From NCBI RefSeq assembly GCF_036365525.1, contig NC_090407.1:24828084-24892083 (forward strand): 64,000 bases of DNA, written 5' to 3'. The translations under genes and the position numbers were made by a program. Positions 11,901 to 23,900 of the stretch are shown in pieces (the stretch's first letter is position 1; the number at the start of each line of letters is the position of its first letter). The notes beneath the pieces are model-generated. The model ran no database searches. It saw only the letters and a program-made list of their open reading frames with translations, and was not told the DNA's origin. Source of the stretch: Heterodontus francisci. Taxonomy: Eukaryota.

Positions 11901-14900
11901 CAGTTGAGCCTAATGCTATTCCCACTTGACTTCCACACCTTCAGCTGGGTGAGTGTAAATTACAGGAAGCAAACATGATGAAAGGTTCTATCGGAAACAT
12001 GAACCAGTTTCCTGTCTTTCAGACTCTGGCAACAACAACTACTTGTATTTATATAGTGCTTTTAATGAAACAAGATGTCCCAAGATGCTTCACAGGAGTG
12101 TTATAAAGCAGAATTTGACACTGGGGCACATAAGGAATATTAGGGCAGATGACCAAAAGCTTGATTAAACAGGTAGGTTTTAAGCAGCGTCTTAAAAGGA
12201 GAAAAGAGGAGTAAAGAAGTGGAAGGATTTAGGGAGGGAATTTCAGAGCTTAGGGCCTAGGCAGCTGAAGGCACAGCCACTAATGGTGGAGCAATTAAGA
12301 TCAGAGATGTTCAAGAGACCAGAATTAAAGAAGCACAGCTATCTTAGAGGGTTGCGAGGCCAGAGTAGATTACAGAAATAAGGAGGGACAAGGCCAAGCA
12401 GGGATGTGAAAACAAAGATGAGAATTTTAAAATGGAGGCATTGTCAGACTGGGAGCCAATGTAGTTCAGCGAGCGCAGTGGTGAAGGGTGAACAGGACTT
12501 GGTGCGAGTTAGCACATGGGGAACAGACTTTTGGATAACACCAAGTTTATGGAGGGTAGAATGTGGAGGCTGAACAGGAGTGTGTTGGAATAGGCAATTC
12601 TAGAGAGAACAAAGGCTCTAACAAAGACCTGCTGTGCACTTCCAGTATTTTCTGTTAATTCAGATTTCTAGTATTTGAGGATTTGCATTTTAGCTCTACA
12701 ATAACTTTCTCACATCTCCCTGCCATCTACACAATTTCTAGCAACTTGTGCCTCTAAGCATCAGGATACAAGAAGCCACATTAGTGATGGCTGGCATTGG
12801 CACCAGGTACATACCAGTTCTGAGTGAACCCAGATTCCCAGATTTGAAATGCATAATCTGTTATGGCATACAGCCAGCGAAAGAGGAACATCTGCAGAAA
12901 GAGCATTGGGTTCGAGTTTTATAGAACAGCTCAGTATTAACTAAAACCACAACAGCAGCTTATATTTAGAGCTTTGTCACACCTGAGCATGCACACTCCC
13001 ACCAGGTAAACTACTGTAAGATACAGTCAGTTGTGCTAAATAAAAAGTCTTAAACTGAACTCTAAGTAAATGTACTCTTATTCTGATTTTCAAACAGAAG
13101 ATTATTCTCATACATGTTCAGGTGTTTCGTGGTTTTTGTACTTCTGTTTCTCTGTGATGAGATGAACTAGTCCTAAAACTTGCACTGATAATCAGGAATG
13201 ATAGTGGTTTAATGAAAAATATTTTCTGCAGACAAGCAACAGGATAAACCTAAACTTCTCATACTTATTATAGTTCAATAATTAATTTAAAATATACTGG
13301 GTAGAACACTGTACCCCTTAAGCCAAGCAGTTTTGAAGGTTTACACTTGTTCTCTCTTTAATTATGCAGCAGTTTCTCCCATTTACATTTAACATTCCTG
13401 TTGCACAATTCTAAACTTTACAGCCCCATGTAATTATTTGGGAAATGAACAGCAACAATGGACTTGTATATTGTATCAGGAACTGAGGAGAAGCACAGGT
13501 GCTTATCAATTCTCTGTTGGATTATATGCAAACATCATCTATTTATATAAATTAATAGCTAACTAGTCCAATGATGACTAGACCATTAGTTCACATTTTC
13601 CTGAAGGATTCGGGAGAACTGAACATCTCCCCAAGATCTGCATGGAGAGCCTCTACATTCAGTGCTACAGTTAGGGTTGCCAACCCTCCTGAATTGCCTG
13701 GAAGTCTCCTACATGGACAATCAATCTCCTGGACGCTGCTGCTAGCAACTGGGGAGACAAAGTACTTTGTGCTCCAGTTCATGACTGGGTGCACCTCCGA
13801 TGGTCCAAACCTGGGCCATGTGTAATCTATTGCATGTTCATGCGACTGCACTTTCAAAAGTTAATGTGCAGCAAATCTTCTAACTTATTTGGACTTAGTA
13901 ATATAAACTCAATACTGCTAATGCATTTCTTTCAGCATATTTATTATGTTGTGTCTATTTACCATCTGAAATTTCAACATTTTAAAGTCCAGTGGGACTT
14001 TCATGAAGGAAAACTATAGCTTCTTTCAATTTCTTACTGCTGGCTCATGTCGTCATGGTCTCCTGCAGACAAAGGTTGGATGAACAGTAAAATTGGCAGA
14101 TTTTGTTAGACATGTGGCCAGGAAAACCCACTTTATTTCCCCATGATCTTCATTCCTGGCACTGGCTTATCTGTGGCCGGTAGAAGTACTACACCGGCTG
14201 CAGTGTGCTCTTCGTATATTTGAAACACAGCTCCCACCACCCCACCCCACAAATGCATTTTAAACATTCGGTTGCCTGTCTCGTTAGTTTATTCTGTCAT
14301 GGCATCATCACATCATGACAGAATTAAATTGTGCCTGCACAGCAGCCAATTTGTCAAAACCAACCTGTTTATTTGTATTCCTTGGAACAGAATTTGCTGC
14401 CAGTCTCCCTACAACTTCTGGTGCAAAATTTGAGAGATCAGTAATCAAACCATTAAATTAAATGCAAAACATCTGCAAACTGTAATTATCATGTGACTGA
14501 ATGCCTTTGACAGAAGCTCCAGGAATAGATCCAACCACAGTTGGCAATCCTAGGTACAGTTCAGTTGCTCAACATCAGGGAATGCTAGTTATCAATTTAA
14601 CTTGGCCTTCGAATTTGGCTCATTACTTCCACACTAACCCAACTTACAAACTGACAATGCAAAGATATGGTCTACTCATTTTGGTCATTTTCTTGCTCCA
14701 ACAACTTGTGATAACCACAGATAATGTAAAAGACTAACTCGAACATTCATGTGGGCAATAATTAAAACACTTACTGGTGCAAATTCATCATTTAGCTCAG
14801 GTAACACAACATCAAGCGAGAGGATGGTGTGGTCTCCCACTCCCAGTAACTGATTCAGCTCATTAAATAGATGTATTTTGTCATCCTCTCTCCCATTCCA

Positions 14901-17900
14901 TCCATTTTCAAGTAGTTTATAGAACACTTTCCCTGGAGTGCTGCTTTGCTGTAGAATCACAATCTATTCAACAGTTTTTTTTAGAAAAAAGAGAACATTT
15001 TTTTTAAACATATGGTTTCTGTAAAAGGTGAATGTGCAATGCATGGAGTACAGTGAAATACAGGTATAGGTTGCATCAATAGAATAATGCAAAAAAGATA
15101 CTTCTTTACAAATGTCATTTTCAGAGCCTGCAGCTCTATGGTTGATCGATGACAAATGAACTAAAGGTCTTTTCCTGTTCCTATAATGTATATTATTTAA
15201 TTCAGGTGCTTAGTGGATAATAACTTAATAAATCCCATATTGGGCAAGGGTTTTAGTAGAACAATAACATGATTCTACAGAACTTACAATGGTTAAGAGG
15301 GTCAAGCTTAGAAAGTTCAGAAACCTTATTAGGAAATTCAATTATGCCACCATTTTCCAACACTTGAAGAACCAGACATGGAAGCTGGAAGGGCTTCTAT
15401 GCTGAATCAGAAGATCATCTCAAACACAAGAAACAAGCAGCCAAATAGCTTCTCACATGGAAGCTGTGAACTTATGCAAGAAAGCGCAGTATATGAGTCA
15501 TCTGAACAGTCCTGTTGGGTGATTCCATTTACTGGACTAATGTGAATTAGTACATTACAACAGTGACTACATTTCAAAAGTACTTCACTGGCTGTGAAGC
15601 ACAGTGGGACATCCTGGGGATGTGAGCAAGGCTATAAAAATTCAAATTCTTTCTTTAGTCTGGACGAGAAAGGATTTCTGATTTTGTTTTGGAGTTTACA
15701 CAATAAAGGTCAGAGATGACCTGCCTAAAAAAAAAGCTCAAAAGATTGGCTCAGTATAGAAGAAGCTAAAAAGAGGTTTAAATGACCTCTATTCATTCTT
15801 TGGAGCACATTAATTTCTAACATTTTAAGTTAATTTGTTCCATTCAACAAACAAGCTTCACTTGCACCAGTGAAATGGTTCAAGCTTTCCCTCCAGTAAT
15901 AATGAAAAATATATTTTGACAAAATATCAGGGTCCACACATAAACCTACTTTCTACTTCAGATAGAAGACCCTTTATTTTCTGTAGTGAATATTAATTTT
16001 ACAATACACGCTCCAGCAAAATAATGTCTTGTGAAGATGATGTAAAGGACAACAAACTTTAAAAGGTTACTGATTTATAGGCATATACAGCTAAAATTTA
16101 GTGTCACCAATATGCATTTCTGCAACATTTCTTCATTCATTGTTTTCATGTTACCCCATCTATTTTAAACAAATCATGCCTCCGTTCAAATAGCAGACAG
16201 GGGAATGCCAGATAAATGGCCCATCTACTGCTTCACTACTAATGATTTCTCAACTATAATCAAAGATATAAAGTGTGAAAGGTTCACTCCTCAACAGACA
16301 GTTGATTTCATGACTTCAATACTTTGTAAAGACCAGTGCCCATGCAGAAGGAAATAACAAACATGGACACGTGTCAAGCAGTGAACGAAGTAAAGGCTGT
16401 TGTACTTACATTTGGTGTAGGACTGCTTCTCAGTGCTGGTGGGAGCAAGGCATTAACAAATGCGTGCTGGCGTTCTGGATAGATGTAAACAAATCTCATG
16501 GACTCTTTAGTATTCACAGAGGCGAAGGAGACAAAGGAGTGGTACGGAGTCTGCAGCCCATCTTTCTCTCGAATGATTAACAGGACACAGTACCTACAGA
16601 AATATACAAGTGTAATCAAGCATATATCACCACCCGTTATGGAGCCTGAACAGAAATACCGAATGAAAATTTAACTGACATGAGACGAGATAGTAAATAA
16701 ACTAAGTAAACAAAATGAATACACATTCCTTCAAAATTTTAAACAGATATGGCAAATCAAACATTTATCTGCATCAGTAATTCATTTCTCATCTTGGCAC
16801 CCATCAGCAGTGCTATTTAATGAAAAGGTTCTCAAAATACATACAGTGAAATCAAATAAGCAGAGTGGGTGTCGCGAAGAATGGATGATACTTGATAGCA
16901 GGTGCCCTTAAATAGCATAGCCAGTGCCATGTTGGAATGCCCTTTTCCACAAAAGTGAGGAGGATGAATTTATTACTTTTTGAATCAAACCACAAGTACC
17001 TGTTCTGCATTGGCACAGGAAGTCTATGATGCAGAGGCTCTTATTTACATGTAGTATCCCAGTGTCCCAATCAGCACCTCTGGGGGTCCCTGGACTCCCT
17101 ATTGCAGTTTATCAGATTGTGTTTTATTTCCCTATTTTCTCTTCTCCTGAAGGTGCTGATTCATGCTGGGCTAGTTCCACAGAGCTGAATTTTTTTATTC
17201 TTTCATGGGATGTGGATGTCGCTGGCAACGCCAGCATTTGTTACCCATTCAAATTGCCCTTGACAACTGAATGGCTTGCTAGGCTATTTCAGAGGACAGT
17301 TAAGCGTCAACCACATTGCTGTGCATCTGGAGTCACAAGGCCAGATGAGGTAAGGACAGCGGATTTCCTCCCTAAAGGACATTAGTGCCCAGATGGGCTT
17401 TTACAACAATCAATGATGGTGCCATGAAACTATTACTGCGACCAGCTTCCAATTCCAGATTAACCAGCTTCCATGGTGGGATTTGAACCAGTGTCCAGAG
17501 GGCATTAGCCTAGGCCTCTGGATTGCTAGTTCAGTGACATTACCACTATGCCACGATTTCTCCACTGATACCTTGTTTAAGTAGCAATTCTTCATTTGCA
17601 AGTGCTGACACTGAGTATTGGCAGGCTGGTTAACCATGTAGCACATCACAACCAACCCCAATTCTGTCTTCATCTGTTGTTCACAGATGCACTTTCCAGC
17701 TGGGAGCACATGGATGACAAATCAGCAACAGGAGCCACAGCTGATTCTTACCCTCTGTGGACCCTTACTATGGCCATGGTTGAGCTCAACTAATTCAGCA
17801 CAGATCTGGCATCAAATCTTGCCCTTCTGGTCTCTATGGCTCAGTACTATCTTCACCACCAGACAACTGGGGAGCCTGCAATACCAGAATCTAAAAGGAT

Positions 17901-20900
17901 GGCTTCTCCTTACTAGAATAGAATACATCTTGTTGTAGAGAAGATCTGGCAGATTTTTTGCATTTCATCAATGACACCCTAGGAATAAAGGTAACTACCT
18001 CCAGTCACTATAGTGCTTTTAAGCTTTTAGAACAGTTTCTGAAGCCTAATTACCCTCACCATAACAGCTGCACTTTCATCCTGCTCATCCCATCCCCTCT
18101 AGCACCACAAAAAACATACAGGATTAGTCACTTTTCCCGCAAGATCAGGGATCAGTTGTGGAGAAAGTGGGTAGCACTCTCACTTCTGAGTCAGAAGGTT
18201 GTGCGTTCAAGTCCTTCCAGTGACTTGAACACAAAATCTAGACTGACACCCCAGTTCCTTAGAGAGCAAGTTCTGCATTGTGCGAGGTGTTATCTTTCAG
18301 AGGAGACGTTAAACCGAGGCTGCATCTGCTCTCTCAGTTGGACGTAAAAGATCCCACAGAGAGCAGGGAAGTTATCCGCAGTGTCCTGCCAATATTTATC
18401 CCTTAACTAACATTACTGAATCAATATTATCATTATCACATTGTTGCTCATGGGACCTTGTTGCATGCAAAATTTGTTCCTGCATTTTCTACATTACCAC
18501 GGTGACTACACTTCAAATGGAGTACATAAATGGCTGTAAGGTGCTTTGGAACATGCCGAGGTCATGAAAGTTGCAATCTAAATACAATTATTTCATTTTT
18601 CTTTAACAGTAGGACCAACCAGCATCAGGCATATTTATGCAAATTACTTAGTGGCCAATATCAAAAGACAGAATAATCGCTGAGAGATCAGTCAGTTACC
18701 TTTTCTGACGACGGTATTGTTTCAGTGGGCACAACTGTTCGAAAAGTTTCTGGTTTGTAAGACGAGGAGCCAAAAGGAATTTGTTACCAGAAATGAATTC
18801 ATCTATTATTTGTTTCTTCATTCCTCTGGCCTGTAAGAAATCATGCAAAACCATCAAATACTTGCCCAGCACCAAGAACTTAGATGCATCTTTTTTTTTT
18901 AAAAAACAATTCCTATCCCCTACCCTTTCCTCCCCATCTCTGCTGAAGGTGCTGATTCTTGCTGGGCTGCCACTCTGTGCTACCTAGCCATTTTTCTTCC
19001 GTAAGCCAAGACAATGATAGTGAGTGTCAACAAGCTACTCAACCGTAGAAAAGGGAGCCGAGTGGTTCATACATAAAGCAACAGCCACTTGGGTGAGATT
19101 CCAGAGGCAGTCAAGACCAGTGGGGTTATATTCAAGCAAGAGTCAGCACTTCAGGAAAAAGAGAAAATGGTGAAAAAAAAAATAGGAAATTTTCTTTTGG
19201 CTACAGTGTGTTCATTAGATGTGGTGGTGGAAGCAAAAAGGTAATTCTTTTCAATTAATGTTGAGGCAAAGTTTGGGACTATTCTTAGCCCTTGCTGTAC
19301 AATCCCAGAGAAGGCTTCACCATTCTCCGTCAACATCTTTCCAAACCTTGAATAGAAATACTCACTCAAAATAAAACAGGTACAGTACATACCTGGATGA
19401 TATCAGTTGCTTTGTCTATATTCTCCTTAAAAATCATGACAGTAGAGGTGTAACTACTTATACTGTAGCGAGCCAGGATTTCTTCCGTCTTCTCTATCCC
19501 AGTCTCCACATAACCAAACTTAAGATAAGCTTTGAACTGGAAGGCAATCAACTTTGGAAAGAAAAGTGTATATCAGAAAAACAACTCAATCATTTCCCAC
19601 CATCTCTATCTGCATTAACACAATCAGTTAACTGCGATCAAAAAGAGATTTTGGCAACAGCTTGCAGATATTCACACTACATTCCTTCATCTGAATGGGA
19701 CACTGGAAATCAAGCTTTTAACACGTTACACTGAATGTCCCAGAACGCAGGATACAAATTTGAAACATGAGCGAACTAAAGATCCACCAGCCCTGTAACA
19801 GGCTCTGTAATTACAATAATTTGTATTTGAATGTTATTATATAAACAACTAAATATGATCACATTAAAAGAAACAGCTCAAACCAATTTAATTAAGAAAA
19901 AGAAGCATGTTTTAAAACTAAAATATGGCATTTAAAAAAAAAATGTGCTTTAGGAGTTAAAAGGGAAGATTTCCAGTGACAGGAGATGAGTTGTTAAATG
20001 TTTTAAATGGTCACTTACAATGGTCATTGCTTAAACACTTGTGAATTTTTTTGAGTTGTATTTACCAAAGTGGCTCTGATAACAGTACTACACAGGTTTC
20101 TTTAGTGTCAGCTGTCCTCAATTAAATGTGGAAGAGAAATTCACAGAGTGGACGCGTTTTGTGGCTTATAAGTCAAGACTTTGCAAACACTTTGATTTTT
20201 ATTAGAAGGAACATGAAAGAAAAAATAATTTCACTCAAAACGTTTCAGCATAGTGTAGATTCTGGTGAACTTTTGACACAAATCAAATGAAATGCCACAT
20301 ATGTAACAGCACAGTTTCACCATTATATGCTGCAATTCACAGTGAACGGTTTAAAATGTACTACCTTGTACAAAAGCGGGATTACAGACTTCGGGTGAAA
20401 TATTAATGCACGTGGCTTGTTGTCTTGCTCCCACGCAGACAAAAAATGTACATAATTCTTGTTGGTTACCTAAAAACGTTAATACAAATATCTAATTACA
20501 CTTTTAAATCACAGAAGACTGTAGCCTATTTTCCATTATCCTGTCATTGCATTATAGCTCAATGATTTGACTCTAAACTTCTGCATTACCTACAGGGCAA
20601 AAAGGTGAGAATCCAAACCTTTAGCTTTGGCTCAGTAGTAGCACTGTTGCCTTGGGGTCAGAAGGTCGTGGTTCAGATTCCACACTAGAGACCCAAGCAC
20701 ATAACCCAGGCTGACGCTTCTGTGCAGTACGGTCAGAGGTGTCGTTTTACAGATGAGACGTTAAAACGAAGCCCACTCGCTCACTCGCTCTCTCTCTCAG
20801 GTAGACGTAGAAGTTCCCACGGTACTATTTGAAGAGTAGGGAGTTCTCCTGGTGTCCCCTCCAGCCCATATTTATCCCTCAATCAGCACCACTAAAACAG

Positions 20901-23900
20901 ATTGCCTAGTCATTAATTCATTGCCGTTTATGGGACTTTACTGTGCTGTGTTTCCTACAATAGACTATACTTTATCAGTTGCAAAGCTTTGGGAAATCCT
21001 GAGGTCATGAAAGGCGTTATATAAATGCAAGTCTGTCTTTCTTTTCAAACACTGTGCAAACCTAACCTGAACAATCTTGGCATCTGCATCAATTAAACAA
21101 ATCCCCATTGTACCTTCAATTGGCTTCATATCAAAGTAAACTTTTTTTGGTAACGAATTTATATATCTGTTGGAGAATGTGTGTTTATATGTTACATCAA
21201 TCTTACAGTTCTAATGACCTTTTGTCAGTTTGTCAGAATTTCTTGATTGTTTCAGTACAACTTGTAACACATATCAGCTAGCTGATATTTTACTTTATTT
21301 GGGTAGGATTTTTTCCCAGATTACCCCTCCATTCTTAATTCTTTCATTTTCCCAAGACATCTTTTCTCCAAATTATCAGAATGGCTCATTATCATGTATT
21401 TTTTTATAATAAATAGGAAGTGACTATGTTGCTCAGTCTGAAAGTGTACTAACGATGCAGATGAGAAGACTAGAGAATTTTGGTTTCTTATGACCCACAA
21501 TATTCCACACACACTTGGCTAAAGCATAATAGCATACCAGACATTAACTCAAGTCAAGGCAAACCTATCACACGTGCATCAAAATAATTATTGCACTGAC
21601 ACATTTTGAATAAACTTTTACATGAAGGAGCGTAAGAAAATCTGTGAGCCCTTGCCTCTTCCGGGCTGTAATTATTTGACTACACACCTGCTCCAAAAGC
21701 TTGGCTGGCAGAAGGTTTTCTACAAACTGTCTTAAGTTTTCTCGAACCACAGCATTTTTAAAGAATGTTACTCTTCCATTGATGACTCCCACTATTGCCG
21801 GATGCTGATAAACCCCAAGGTGATTTAACAGCCGACGCTCATACCCTGAATCTATGACTCCAATCCCAAGGCCTGAAAGGAAATCAAACAACAGATCATT
21901 TATTCCCTGCCACTCTGTGATCATTGCCATGCTTCATTAGATTGCATTTTATTTCCCCTCCCTATCCCCTCTAATTTACTTTTTCCCTCCTGAAAATATT
22001 GATCCTTGCTGGGGTGCAGTCCCACAGGCTCTGGCAGTCCTCTAGCACTTTGCCCAAGTAACCATTCTTCACATGATCCTGGACAGAGTGTAATTCACCA
22101 TGGATGCATCAGAGTCAAGCCTGTTCCTGTCTCATCTAATATCTGCGTGCAACTGATTCAACCCCACTATAGCTCGGAGCCACGGAGGCCAATTGCAGTA
22201 TCCAGCTGACTCAACAGAGACCACAGATGACATACAAGCCCTTTATGATCTGTACATCAGACCACCATATCAGACGGTGCATTCACATGTTGAGGCGCCA
22301 CAAGTACTCCTCGACTCTGAAGAAGTGTTTTCCCTCTTCAAACATAAGCTTTGAGATAAGTTATACAGAAATTGACATACCCAAAGGTTCGAGCTCCTGA
22401 ACCACCTCCTTCCAGATTGGCTCAATGTGAACACAGCTGAAACACCAATCGGAAGTCACTTTGATGATATAAGGTTTCTTATAACTGTCTGGCACAACCT
22501 CAGTCATGTACTGAGAGAAATGCAGTAGGTACTTATCATCAAATGAGTCACGGGCAGAATTAAACTGGAATTGAAAAAAGGAGTCGTCGAAGAAGAAACT
22601 GTCGTATTTATGGAAACTCCGGAAGTGGTGATGTGGCTGTTGGAGGTTCCCTGACTGTCCGTCAGCGTTTCCATACTTATCAAAATTCGACCTCCTCTCC
22701 TCATTTGAAAGAATCTAAACCAAAAGAGCTAATCAGTTAGTACAGTGAAAGCCATGCTCACTGTAACTTCATATGATGCATTGGTATGATGACGATACCC
22801 AAAATACAGACTGGAGCCACTTATGCCCACCATCTTGCTATTGTGACCCTCAGAAAACCAATGTTTTTGTACAGCTGAATTCACAAGCTCCAGGAAGTTG
22901 CATAAAGATTGCAATGTAAAAAATATATATTGACGTCTTGGCTTAGACGTAATTTCTAAGTCTGCAGATGACAGGAAATTCAGAAATGTAGTAAACAATG
23001 AGGAGGATAGCAACAAACTTCAGGAGAGCACAGACAGACGATGAAATAGGCAGACGCTTGGCAGATGAAATTTAATACAGAAAAGTGTGAAGGGATACAT
23101 TTTATTAGGAAGAATGAGGAGAGGCAATACAATTTTAAAGGACGTGCAGGAACAGAGACACTTGGGAGAGTGTGCTCACAAATCTTTGAAGGCAGCAGGA
23201 CAAGTTGAGAAGTCTGTTGAAAAGGCATATGGGATCCTTGGCTTTATTTATAGAGGCATAGAGTACAAAAGCAAGAAATTATGCTAAACTTTTATAAAAC
23301 ACTGGTTAGGCCTCAAGTGGGTACCACAATTTTAGTAAGGATATCAAGGTCTTAGAGGATTGAAAATCGTTGGGTCAAAATCCTGGAACTCCCACCCTAA
23401 CAGCATTGTGGGTATACCTACACCATATGGACTGCAGAGATTCAAGAAGACAGTTCACCACCACCTTCTCAAGCACAATTAGATATGGGAAATAAATGCT
23501 GGCCTTGCCAGCGATGCTTACATCCCACGAATGAACAAAAAAAATCAAGAGATTTGATGGAAATGTTTTAAAATCATGAACAGTTTTAATAAGTGTAAAT
23601 AAAGAGAAACGGTTTCCAGTGACAGAAGTGTCAGAAATCAGTGGACACAGATTTTAAGGTGATTGACAAAAGCATCAGAAGCAATATGAGGAAACTTTTT
23701 CTATACTCAGTGAGCTGTGATCTGGAATGCATTGCCTTAAAGGATGGTGGAAGCAGATTCAATAATAAATTTCAAAAAAGGAATTAGATAAATACTTGAA
23801 GGGAAAAAAATTTGCAAGACTATGGGAAAAAAAACAGGAAAGTGGCATGAGTTGGAGAGCTCTAAAAGAGATCAGACATAGGCACAATTGACCCCCCTGC

